DNA of 64,000 nt from Amoebophrya sp. A120 (taxonomy: Eukaryota; Protista; Dinoflagellata), in NCBI GenBank assembly GCA_905178155.1, contig CAJINV010000021.1:417050-481049 (forward strand), given 5' to 3'. The translations under genes and the position numbers were made by a program. The notes under the pieces were generated by a model, which ran no database searches, was not told where the DNA came from, and worked only from the letters and a program-made list of their open reading frames with translations. Positions 24,801 to 36,700 of the stretch are shown here, one piece after another (the first letter of the stretch is position 1; every line of letters begins with the position of its first letter).

Positions 24801-25864
24801 TTCTGGTCGCGCATCTCCTTGGGGCAGTATTGGGCTCGGTCGTGCTCTTGGCCTTCGAGTCGGTGCAACTCTTTTGGGGCGAGAACGTGCCGCTTAGCTA
24901 CCTGCTTGTGATTTTTGACCCCTGGGTTCCCACGAATTTCAACTTCTGGTCCCACCACCGAGATGCCTCCTCTTTCGGTGATTATGATTTTCTTGAACCG
25001 AACACTTGGCGCGGTGGCTGCATTGATTACGAAACGGAGCCCATTCCCTGGAACCGGTCGGTGTACGTGCGTCTCGTGGTGCTGGTCTCTGCGTACTTTT
25101 TCGGCACCGTCTTCTCCCTCCACAATCTGGCGATCCACGTTGTTGTGGCTTCACGAGGGGCACAGTTTCCCCCACATTACCCACTGGTCCAGAGCTGTTT
25201 AAGTGCCGTCATGGGTGATGTATCCAAGATTACGCTGGCCACAAGAAAGCAGATCGCCCGGTGCAGCTTCATCTCGGAGGTGCTTTTTATGTACTGCCTG
25301 TTTGGTCTTCCGGTCCTCTCGTCCTACTCTCGCCGTTATGACCACACTTCTAGCAGCTTTATGCGACTGGGCACCTCCCCTACGGAATCTGTCAGCCAAT
25401 TGGCTGCAGTGACCTTTCATCGGCTCCTTGACGCTTTCCCCCCGGAAAAGTTGTACCTTCGCGGCAACACGAAGGCAGAGCGAGAAAGAATGGTCATGCT
25501 TTCACCTTTCGAGCAAGTGGCCTGGCCCGCCGTCTTTTTCGAAGGACTGAGCAGCAACACAAGCCAACCCATGCGCATTTTCTCCTACCAAGACCTCGGC
25601 CTCGCCGTCGAGATAAAGTTGAATCCGCACAATGCGAAAATGATAAAACAGACGCTTCGTCCCTCGTTGCGCCCCCCGCGTCAAGGGTCGATCACCATGG
25701 CCACGCTTGTCGACGGCGGAATGGTTCCCATCCCGCAAAGCGAATTTGCACGCAAGATGGCGCACTTCGCGAAGCTCCAGGAGATCCGCGCACGCCGACA
25801 GAACAACACCGGAACATATCGGGACGCAACCCTTGACGAGCTCCGGAGTCAAGCTATGGTTTAA
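21815..25864 (+). CDS. Uncharacterised multi-pass membrane protein, 5 TIR introns, one in-frame TGA (24371-24373)
   Basis: ORFs 21620, 22623, 23651, 24389 and 24731 join in frame after removing the elements; several hydrophobic segments. Start codon uncertain. Confidence 0.7.
22422..22597. mobile_element. TIR intron, family E
   Basis: TACGAACTGCAAAAGTATCGTA/CGATTTTGCACAGGATA; duplication GAACC. Confidence 0.9.
22849..23022. mobile_element. TIR intron, family E-like
   Basis: TATGCATTTCAAAAGTATCGC/GCGATACTTTTGCAGGGGATA; duplication CCTGT. Confidence 0.9.
23045..23309. mobile_element. TIR intron
   Basis: TGTGAGAGTGCACAA/TTGTGCACTCCCATA; duplication GCACG. Confidence 0.87.
23366..23648. mobile_element. 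TIR intron, family D (diverged)
   Basis: TATGGAGTTCTCA/TGAGAATGCCATA. The duplication has decayed (TCCTG/CTGTG) but a 5-nt offset restores the frame into ORF 23651. Confidence 0.82.
24479..24713. mobile_element. TIR intron, family D
   Basis: TATGGCGTTCTCAAACGTTACATTCTCAACTGTTACA/TGTAACAGTTGAGAATGTAACAGTTGAGAACGCCATA; duplication TCCCA. Confidence 0.94.
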
Positions 25865-27045
25865 ACAACGAATGAACATCAACTTCTAAAATGTGGTCCG
25901 CGGGGCGGACGAAAAACACACGACTACCTGTTCGACGAGGCTCGGCTGAGCTCCTCCGCCCCCCACAGGAAAGGGCAGCCGTTCCGTTTTATGCATTGCC
26001 AGGACACCAGCCTGGTGTCACAGACAGTCACCCTCACCACGGGTGCAATTCCGTACGACCATCGCCGATATCTTGATCTTCATCTCCATCAACATCTGCT
26101 CCTGCATATAGTTTTGTGACTTCACCTTTAGATTGCCAGGACAACTTGCACTTGGTCGTGGTGGTGTCAACTACATGTGGCCCGAAATAAGAGGATGCTG
26201 CACGTTCATTTTTAGAAGTTAAGACGTATTGTGCTTATACATAGTCCATTGAATTACGACTGTTCTTTGGAAAAGAAATGTGTCCGAGCAACTTTCGGCT
26301 ACAACTTCTGTGCAAGCAGGATGATTACCACAACTGGTCGTGCTGCTACAAGTACGAAATCATCTTTTTCTTGTGAGGTAAATGGTATGAAAAGCAGCGT
26401 GAGCGTCAGGCTTCTATTTGTATTTTAATTTTTGTCTAAAGACCCGCACCACCATGGGTGACGTTCCTAGGACAAGCGGCTGTGTGCGTCACTCGCGATT
26501 TATTTGTTCCTGTTTTCATTCGCAGTCCACGCTCTTCTTGTTGATTTTTTTGTTTTCTTTTAGCTTTCGCTTCTCACTTTTTCGTGTCGGTTCAAACACC
26601 GCAGGGATCAAACAATCGACTGCAGTAACCACTGGCCTGGCTTGTTCCGACATGTTATAATTGTCTTCACAAATTTATCTAGTTCATCGTGCGTTCTTGC
26701 ACTTGCTGCACCCTGGCCGCCCTTCGTTCATTCAACTCAGTCACCTTGTCGCAACACCAGTTGGAACAGCAACAACGAAATTTTGCTTCAGTGAAGAGCA
26801 ACCAGATCCAGACCTTTGCTTTTTTCTTTTCCATGTCCATCAGCGTAGTTGTCCGCATGAAAAACAGCGTTCAACGTAGTACCTGCAGAAATAGTAAATA
26901 GGAATAGCGACAACTTCACTACAAAAAGAAAAAGTTGCAGAAATAACTATAAAACGCATTCCCACGACGAGCACGAACAACTTGTCATTATCATACAACG
27001 AATAAGTAGATACCACTACTAGTAAATCGCAGCTGGTAGACAAAA

Positions 27046-29037
27046 ATGAGCAAACTGTTGCAAGTTTCGGTTTGCTGGTGTGCCCTCTTCGGCGTTTCGC
27101 TTTCCCGTGGCCGATCGAATTCTGGTGCTCCTTCTCAACAGGTAGGAGAGCAAAATAATCCGGCGAGTGCACCAGCTGCCGGACCTGCTAGTACCAGCTC
27201 CGGACCTGAATCTGCCGTAGGCGCCGTCGAAACTTCTACCAGGGAGCCAGAAGGGGAGGACTTTGTCCTGGTAGACGAAAACATGCTGTCAGATTTGGAG
27301 GACGACGGAGAGCTGGTATAGTTGTTGTGGATACACGCTCATATCAACATTTCCATCCGTAGGTATGTGTATCATACAATTTTCATCTACAACCCCTGCA
27401 TAATCTCCATTTATTCATCAGTGTGTGTCAATATCTTGAAGCGTTCTTCTCCAAAGATTCTTATACTAACTTTATCCGTCTTGATCGCTCATCCGTATTT
27501 CTTACAACACGACGCAGGTATCAGAACCGGAAGGGGAGCAGCAAATTGACGACCCTATGGAGGGCGTGGTTGAGGAAGGAACAATCGCAGGAGCAACGAC
27601 TGACACCATCCTGCAAACCCCTGGGCCGCAAAACTACAACTTCGCGGCCTTTCACGACGATGAGTTTCCGCTCCTGCCTCCGACGTACCACCAAGATCAG
27701 GAAGAGCAAGCTGCTAGTGCAGCTACACCAGCGCAGGACGCAGTGTTGCACCGCATCCCGAGCGTGTTCAGTCGCGGAAGCTTATCACAGGAAAAACAAA
27801 GTGTTAACGTTAACGGTTTTCACAGATTGCAGTCATGCATCACAAATGTAGCCCAATATGCATGACATACATGACAAATTATGACACGTCTTGTGATGCA
27901 TTTCTGCATCACAAATTCCGCCAACGTTAACACTTTTTCTTGTGATGAAGCTCCACGGACACCAGCGTGAGTCTGGACAACGGGCGCGCACAGGATACGA
28001 ATGTCGGGACCATTACTGCCATTACTTCTACAGTCGGAGGACAAGAGCGAGCCGGGCTGGAACTACAGGATGCTGGTGAGCAGGGAGCTACTGTCGTGTC
28101 GGCATCTTCTTCAAATCAGGACACTACTACAACCTCTTCGGCTGCGTCCAGCGCGATGCAACAAACCACTAACACGGACGAGCAGGCTTCTTCTGCGCAA
28201 GAACTTTCTGTAAACACGGTGAATAATTATACCGGCAGCGCGGCTGCATCTTGTGCCGCACAGCCGTTGGAAACCCTGGCGCACTTTCTCGATGTGGAAG
28301 AAAACGACGCACGCCTGTTGACCACCGGCGCAGGTGGGGCAGCTACCGGTGCAACGGTATGGATTGTAAAAATGTCTGGGTCTGGAAGAGTGCAAACTTG
28401 TCATGCAGATTTTCCATGACCCTTGAGGTCTGGAATGCGGGACCTAGCATGACAGAGTCTGTGGGGTCGCTCTCATGCCTATCCTGCATGAGAAACTCCC
28501 TCTCAACTTGGTCGAAAGTGGACAGCTCTTGGCAGTCATGCAACACAGTTTTTTGCCTGGTTCAGATTTAGCATGACAAGTTGCATTCTTCCAGACCCAG
28601 ACATTTTTCCATCTGATAAACGGAGGACAGTGACAATAGCGATCGTTTCATGAACGAGCGGGACTTTTTATCAAACAAAAAAGTGTTAACGTTAACGGTT
28701 TTCACAGACACAGATGGCAGTCATGCATTACAAGTTTTGCCCTTCATGCATGCTGCGCAATACAAATTTGCGCACCTTTTCTGATGCATTACTGCATCAC
28801 AAATTCCGTTAACGTTAACACTTTTTCTTGGGATACTTTTGGTGGTGGCGGCAGCAGAGTGACGATGAAGATGACGGGGAGAATGGCGAGGAGACGACCA
28901 ACGGAAGCGCCGAGGACCCCAGCTCCTACTATTACGGCCAGGCCTGGGAGGCGCAGAATGGCTTCGACGCACAGCAGCAGCAGCAACCCACCGCGTCCGC
29001 CTACAACCGTACATTTATACGGTTTTCACTGATTTAG
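27046..29037 (+). CDS. Uncharacterised, probably secreted acidic low-complexity protein (GT-AG intron 27316-27517; 3 TIR introns)
   Basis: Signal-peptide-like N-terminus; ORFs 27046, 27557, 27967 and 28828 join in frame. Confidence 0.72.
27783..27947. mobile_element. TIR intron, family G
   Basis: TATCACAGGAAAAACAAAGTGTTAACGTT/AACGTTAACACTTTTTCTTGTGATG; duplication AAGCT. Confidence 0.9.
28358..28618. mobile_element. TIR intron, family F (opposite orientation to 13110)
   Basis: TATGGATTGTAAAAATGTCTGGGTCTGGAAGA/TCTTCCAGACCCAGACATTTTTCCATCTGATA; duplication AACGG. Confidence 0.93.
28669..28835. mobile_element. TIR intron, family G
   Basis: TATCAAACAAAAAAGTGTTAACGTTAACGG/CCGTTAACGTTAACACTTTTTCTTGGGATA; duplication CTTTT. 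Confidence 0.92.
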
Positions 29038-30211
29038 ACTTTCGCTTTCCGTCGCTTGCAGGCAGTCATGTAGACTACATGACTATGTAGCATCGTATGC
29101 ACAAATATTAAGCTCAAGTCTGGATTTGGAAGGAAGAAACACTAGCGTCTTTTTCTCGTTTCGTATGTTACTTTCGTATATTTTTCGTGCAATTCATCAT
29201 TCTCCTACTAGATCGAACATCAAAATTCAAAATAACAGATGACGAGCTGTCCACGCCGATCAGCTACCGCCGGCAAGGATTCCTGTCGCCGAGGCACGAA
29301 ACGCACTTTGGAATGGTCTAGGGTGAACTCGGAAGCACGACCACACGCAAAAATGTCGAGAACTAACAAAACATACGGGTAGCACGCGCCAAGGACTCAA
29401 CATTAGAATTCAACCGCACTTATCTTCTTCCGCACCGATATCAGAAAAACTTGCACTCCTGTTTATCTTCCTACACTTTTAGTTCTTAAAAATTTGTACG
29501 CCACACATGATATACGCAGCATCGTTTTCGTTTCATATTCGTCGTGTGTAATCGATTGATTTTTTGACTCTGTGAAACTGTAACTTTCTGAATGAAAAAC
29601 AGCTTGAAACTTCTTTACACAAGATGAAAAATAGCTAGAGGAAAACCTCGATTTTCTCTTTAGTTCTTATCTGCGAAAGTCCTAATTTTATGCGATGATC
29701 ATGATGGTTTTGAGTTTGAGTTTGACGATTATAGAATACAGAACATGTTGACAATTAAGAATCCACCGCGTGCTACTTTTCTTTCGTTTTACTGACCTGC
29801 AAATGCACACAGAACTCCAACGCATCGTAGTGTTGCCTAAACCTTTACCTTGAGAATCTAGCCGCATCGTATATGTAAATGTTCAGAGCAGCGCAAATAG
29901 CCGTCACTTCTGCGTCGCTCGACTCTGGGCATACTTTGCGCTCATGTTGTTCGCGTAGCTGTGATTGAATCTTAATCTCCTGAGACAGAAATAGGAATCT
30001 GTAGCAATCGGGCAGGTACCACGATGGGGTGAGAACAGCTTCTACTTTCTGATGTACGAACGACCAAAAAATACCAAGATCCACGAATTTGTTGAGATAT
30101 GCAAGGTGACGACGTTCTTGCACCAGCGCCTTGACCTCCGGCCCTTTCTTTGCAATTATCCAAAACACACATTCGTCATTAATCGCTTGTCAGCTACAAT
30201 AAATGTAAATC

Positions 30212-32766
30212 ATGAGGTTTAATATTCAACATCCGGCACGGGCTCTACTTCAACCAGCGATGCTCGGGCCACGCCCGTTTGCCTGCGGGCAGAGAAGCCT
30301 ATCAGGCTTGGCAGCGCGTTGCTCTAACGAAAAGCAGTACTGCTCAGGTTCTACTGGCACAGTACGACAACTATCGAGAATACCACGACGTGGGCATGCG
30401 AAGAGCACCAGTGGTCTTAGTGTTGGCCTGCGATGGCAACATTCCTCAGCACTCAGCGCTGAAGGTGGCGCGGCGGTGGTGGACCACACTACCGAAAGCA
30501 ACTCGCTAGTCATTCAACTAGGAAGACCAACAGAAGGAGATGCAGATGAAAAAATCACGGAGATTCTCCTCGTCGTCCCTCGTTTCAAGGACGAGGAGCC
30601 GACCAAGCTGCTTCCCGAGCCGGTTGTCAATTTTCTTACGGAGAATGGGGTTCGCTTCGAGGCGAAGACCGTCGGTGCCACAACGTGGGTATACAACCCC
30701 AGCAACCCAAGTTCTTCAGGTGAAGCACCAGCTTCGGAGTCCGAGAGGACTGGATCTCGGATAAAAAGAACCCTTCTTGTAGGTCTTGGAGAGTCGTCCA
30801 AGCTCACCTGCCACAGACTTCTCACCGCGGTAAACGCTGCACGTGCGGCCCTCGACGCACAGAAGGTCTCGGAGGCGACACTCACCGTTCTGTCGCCGGC
30901 ACGTGGTGCGGCTGATGGCCTGGAGCAGCAAAAAGATCATACTACGTGGTCAACATCTTCTTCGGTATTCCCGGTTGAGAGCACGCCCAATATTGTCGTT
31001 GCGGATCAGGAGGAAATCGTTGAGGCTGGGGCTGATTGCTCTTTCCATATCACTCCGCGCACCCTCACGGAAGCGTTTTTCGATGCGAGCTACAAATTTG
31101 ACCAGCTGCGCAAGAAAAAAAGCGCTCACGAGAACGAGAAACCAAGTAAAAACTCGCGGCCTCCGACAAGGCATATTTGGCTCGCCGCACCATCTCCATC
31201 ATCGTCGACTTCAGAATCATCCGCAGAGCTGCACGAGGACCAGCCTAGCTTTTACTCTAGTTGCGAATTCGGCAGTGCTGTCGCAGCCGGCAGTGCTTAT
31301 GCACGGACCTTGAAGAACCTCCCCGCCAACATTTGCAACACGGATTACATGGTCTCCGAACTTGAGAAGCTCGCGCGGCAGGATCGCGAAAATGATCAAG
31401 GCGGGAACAAGATCATGATGAACAATTTCTCAAATCTGACCGTCTTCGCAACAAAGGAACTGGAAGCCATGGGTTTTGGGTGTCTGACCGCGGTAGGCCG
31501 CGGCAGCGCCACCGAGTCGTATTTGACGCGTTTAGAGTGGAGACATGCGGGTGGTGGGCCAAGCGGTGGACAGCACGGAAGAATAAATAGAGAAAAGACC
31601 ATCGTTCTCGTCGGCAAGGGTGTCGTTCACGATTCCGGGGGGTTAAATTTGAAGCTCGGCTCTGGCATGTCCGCTATGAAGATGGACATGGGCGGCGCGG
31701 CCTGCGTGCTCGGTGTGTTGAAAGCGCTCAGCCAGCTTTTCCCGCCTGATGGTGAAGGTCGCGGCAGCACTGCTGGGCTACAAACACTAAACACGGAGAA
31801 CAAGTCCACCGGCGAGACAATAAACCACGGCACTCAGCCTGTGCGCGTCGTCGGTATTCTTCCCCTGGTGGAAAACTCAATCAGCGGCTCCGCCTACCGC
31901 CCCGGCGACGTGCTGACAAGTTTGGATGGCTTGACGGTCGAGGTGAACAACACGGACGCGGAGGGGCGGTTGATTCTGTGCGACGCGTTAACCTGGGCCC
32001 AGCAACAGTACCCGGACGCGGATTGTTTCATCGACATCGCAACCTTGATATGCATTGCAAAAGTATCGTACTAGTATAAATTGCATCACACATTTTTTCA
32101 AGAAGAAAAATGAAATGCTGATTTACCTAGAAAGGGATGTTTGTCATGCATGATCGCAATTACTACGAGTACGATACTTTTGCGCAGGATACTTGACCGG
32201 CGCCATGGTGACCGCGGTCGGCCCGGATTTTTCCGGGCTGTTCACCAACTGCAGCCAGCTGAAAAACGAGCTTTTACGCGCCGGCTTGTCCAGCGGGGAC
32301 CGGGCCTGGCCGTTTCCGCTGGTGGAGGCGGGGGAAAGGTACGAGGACATGCTCAAGTCCAAATATGCGGACCTGAGCAACTATCCAGTGTAAAAGCAGC
32401 GTACTTGTAGCTACTGCTGTTGGACTGCATGACAAACCTAGCTTCTATACCCTAGTAATCAGCATGACAAATTCCATTTTTCCTTCTGTAAAAGTTTGTC
32501 ATGTAACTTTTCCAAAGACGAAGCACAAGCAACAGTACCATAGTACAACTTTTGCAATGCATAGTAACATCGGGAGCTCGGGGGCGGCGGGCAGCATCAC
32601 CGCCGCGCTGTTTTTGAAACAATTTATTACGGGGAAAAATCGGTGGGCGCACCTTGACATCGCCGGGAGCGCGATGGGCGGGAGCTTCGACAAAGCCAGT
32701 GCGACGGGGAGGCCAGTGCCCCTGCTAGTGGAGTTCATCGCGAAGAAAATTTTGGGAATGGGGTAG
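30212..32766 (+). CDS. M17 leucyl aminopeptidase (2 TIR introns), possible organellar presequence
   Basis: [28 protein letters not shown]; splicing restores DIATLTGA and ADLSNIG...GSITAALFL...WAHLDIAG. Confidence 0.94.
32049..32191. mobile_element. TIR intron, family E
   Basis: TATGCATTGCAAAAGTATCGTACT/AGTACGATACTTTTGCGCAGGATA; duplication CTTGA; splits the conserved ATLTGA motif. Confidence 0.95.
32382..32563. mobile_element. TIR intron, family E-like (diverged)
   Basis: TATCCAGTGTAAAAG/CTTTTGCAATGCATA; duplication GCAAC/GTAAC. Confidence 0.88.
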
Positions 32767-32796
32767 GAAGTGACCGATTATATCGGCATTCGCGTC

Positions 32797-32896
32797 GGAA
32801 CCACGACGCGCTCAGTCAATGAAGAACACGACGCGCTCAGTCACTTTGCTCCGCAGGAAATGCGAGGAACCACGACGCGCTCAGTCAATGAAGAAC
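32797..32896. repeat. Short local direct repeat downstream of the aminopeptidase stop
   Basis: GGAACCACGACGCGCTCAGTCAATGAAGAAC at 32797 and 32866, with a partial third copy at 32828-32843. Confidence 0.8.
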
Positions 32897-33789
32897 GAAC
32901 ACAGGAGTTACACCCCAGAGCTACTAGACCTAGAGAACAAAGAGAAAGACGCAGCTTGATACCATCTCTTTGGTATTCTTCTTCTTTCATCTACTGGAAA
33001 ACTTTTTATTTTAGAAAAAAGTAACTCTTCGCTTGCAGCTTGCGACTACCTGGAAGATAAGCATCTGACTCCGCGCTGCTTTGAAGATTTGGACTATTAC
33101 CATTGTCGGTACTTGCACGAACTTGGATGAAAGTTGTCGGTATGCGTTGCAGAAGCTGTCAGCCGAGCTGCAGTTCCCGCACAGTATCTACTTGCACGTC
33201 GGTCACTATCGTTCATGCCGAACCACAAAGAAATACCACGTACATCGGTAAGAAATAACCCGTCCATCACGTCGAACCTTCGTGCTCATACAGGAAGACG
33301 TCGAAATACATGCCGGTAATGAAGATACATATCAATCGGTATCCATAGGATTGTGCTCGTCCTCGTGCCACAGCTGATATAATTTTGTCGTCCTTCCCAT
33401 CCATGAAGTAATCCAACATATTCCTCGTTCGTTTTCGTGCTAGCGTCGTTCTTGTTCTTTTCATCAATATTGATCATGGATTTCTTTTCCGTACCCCATG
33501 CCCGCTACAGCCAAGCAATCGCATCTCAACATGCCAAACCCCAAAATTTTTGTTCGTTGCCACAAAATTAAGAAAATGCTCTCTTCAAAATCAAAACTTC
33601 TAAGGCCTCCACATATTTCTACACCCAACTTTTGGTTTTGCAATGATGTTGACGTGGTCATATTAATTTGACGGACCAACTCCTCCATCACTCTAAAAAA
33701 TTTAAGCCCGATCAATTTATGGCCACCTCGTCAACAGCCTTGACCCGGCGTCCCCCACGTTCTGTTGGTCCCCTCAACCTGAACAAACT

Positions 33790-36700
33790 ATGAGCACCAT
33801 CGATCCCCGGTACCTTCGTCTCTCCGGCGCGCAGCTGGCCCACCGCCACAGCACAGCCGAAGGGAAGAACGAGCAGATTGTCTATGCTCTCTGGAAGGAC
33901 ATCACGAGCTCCCTCGAACGATCGGAGAGCCACAAAACCGAGGCGGCGGCGCTGATGGCGGCGATTCGGTACCGGGTTCGCGGCTACCCGGAGAAATTAC
34001 CCGCGATTTTGTCGAAGCTGGTGCGGTTTTTTTCCACAAACTTCGAGGACGTGAGCGACGAGCGGTTTGAGATGGCGGCGGATTTGGTGCGGGCGGAGCT
34101 GCCCGACGCCCGGGCGGGGGAAATTGTGTTCTGGGTCTTGCGCGGCATTCTCGTGGACGACGCGACATCGGTTTTGTGTCATATTGTGGCGCTCATGGAG
34201 GAGGAACTGCCGAATTTGCCGATTGTGGATAAGATCCAAAAAGCGCTCGTGTTGGTTCACCTCTACTACAACAGTTCGGAAGTGGAAGAACAGCAGGAAC
34301 TGCAGCAAACGCAGTACATTTCCGCCCCAGTAGGAGAGAAACAATTGCAGGACATGACGTTCCAACAGGGCTACGACTTCGCTGACTACAGCAACACGCT
34401 GAACAGCGGCACAGCAATGCCCTCGAAAGGCATCAAGCGGCCGCGCGCGGAGGGCGAGGCCAAGCCCGATGAACCAGAAGGGGAGGTCCGGCCGCTGAAA
34501 AACCAGGGACGACGAGGCGGACCAGGGTATTACAACGAGTTCGACGCGTTGCGGCGCGATTCTTCCGCGTACTCCAGCATCAACAGCAGCATTTCCCGGT
34601 CCTCTGGCCAACCGAGTCGGCGGAGCGCGCAGTCCGTAGCGAGAGTGGAGCCGACCGAGGAATACGGTGTGGTGAATACGTTTCTGGGAAAAATGTCCAG
34701 CGAAGGCGAGGGGGCGGAACAGTCGCGCATGGAGGCGATGCGCGATAGTGCGGTGGAGCAACAGGCTGGTGGAGTTGAACCCCAAGCGAGTATGCGGGGC
34801 GCCACGGACTCCGCCATTTCGATTTCCTCGGCCGGGAGCAATTCTATCAGCATCCAGGGCAGTGTCCGAAAGTCCAGCCAGATGCAGAGCCAGGCTGGTG
34901 TAGTACCGTCTCGCGGAAGCAGCTCCGCCGTTAACTACAATACGTCAATTAGCTACGGCACCGGCGACTACCCGCGCCGGGAAGAGGACAATCCGACAGT
35001 GGTCATGCAGTCGAGGCAAGACAGCTCGCAAATACCCAGATCGACGCGGGAAAACGAGTCAACCGGGTTTTTCCTCGCGCCAATGACGTCGTCTGCCGGT
35101 GCCTCATCAGGAGGAGGCCGGGCAGCAGGAGCCTCCTCTACTTCTGCATCCAGAACGCACAGCACTTTTAACGAGAGTGTGAAAATACCGTCGAGGTTTG
35201 ACCCGAAGTCCTCGACTTCCTCCAGTTCGACGTTCCGGTCCAGCTCGAGTTCTAACAACAGCAGCATGCGGGACCCGTCCAGCAGCTTCAGCACGGGGTT
35301 TGCCGTACCGTTGGCCACACAAACAATGTCAATGGCAGCTCGGGGCTTCAACAGCAGTACTTCCGGGCGTCCAACAGGACCGTCCAGCGCGTCCAGAGGT
35401 GGGAGCAGTGCTGTCCAGAGGACAAAATCATTTCCGATCGTCGACACCAACTACCGACCAAGAATCCCTTCGGAATCGCCGCGCGACCACGAACCGGTGG
35501 ATTCCAACCCGATGACCGCGGTGCAGATGTCGATCAAGAATATCGAGAAAACGGTCACTAACGTTGTTGCTGCGAAAGCGGGCGAGCAGCAGCGCCCGAG
35601 CGAGATGTTTGACCAGCAGGGCAGTACGCGAGCGCTCATCGCCAACGCGGAGCGAACGGTGGTGAATGCACAGGTCACGGAACCAATAACGAGCAGTGAT
35701 GTGGCCGCGCCACCACTTTCGGCGGCGCTTGCGGTGCCGCGGGCGAATCCCAGCACGGCGTCAAGTGTAGCTGATCCTGGGTCCGCTCGCGGTTCGAACA
35801 ATCCTTCGAGGACGGAGGAAAATTCGCTCTTGAGAATGCTGAATCAACAGCAGCAGGCAAGCAAACAGTCGTCCGCGCAGCGGATCGCGATGGAACGTTA
35901 CGGGCGTGAGGGGCCCAGTCTGGCCGCCCCGGCGGACGCGCCGGTGTATCCTGCGAGTGCCCAGAACAAGTTGCGACCTCTGACGCTGCGCGACATGCTG
36001 GATCCGACGGACGCCGGAAACTTAACCGCGGCGGAAAAAAGCCGCATTCGCGCATACAACCCCTCCCGGGACGCGATGGGGGACGTGATGCAACGCCCCC
36101 CACCACAAACGCCCGAGGACATTAGTGCGAAGAAGCGGGTGCCGCTGCTCGAGGTGTTAGCCAAGGTGTGTGACGCGGAGTGGAAGCGGACGAACCCCGC
36201 GGCGGAGGAGTCGTACCTCCCGCACGACTCCGCGGTGAAAGATTTGTCCAACCTGCGGAAACAGATCCTGCGCGCCATCACCTCCGGATCCTGGGAGAAC
36301 TACGGCATTGTGAATGCGAAATTCGAATCCATTATGCACACCGACGCGATCGGCGCGTACAAGGCGACGCAGAGCCAGCCGGTGGGGCAGAAACTGGCGA
36401 TGAAGTACGGGGAGACGCCGCAGACCCTGGAAATGATGGCGGTCCAGTGCGCGACCAACCCGTTTGTGCTGCAAAACGCTTCGCAGTACCGGGTCAACCG
36501 CGGGGAGTACTTGCAGGATATGGGCCGGGTATTATCTGAGATTGAGAACGAAGGGCGGGGCAGTCTGTTTCTCGCGATGGCGGGTGAGGAAGGGAACGAA
36601 ACCCTGGTCCAGCAAGCTTTAAAGCCTTACGAAATGTTGCAACAAAACATGGCCACCGCACTCGGACACAACCCCTCAGCACCGGGTACTACGGGCAATG

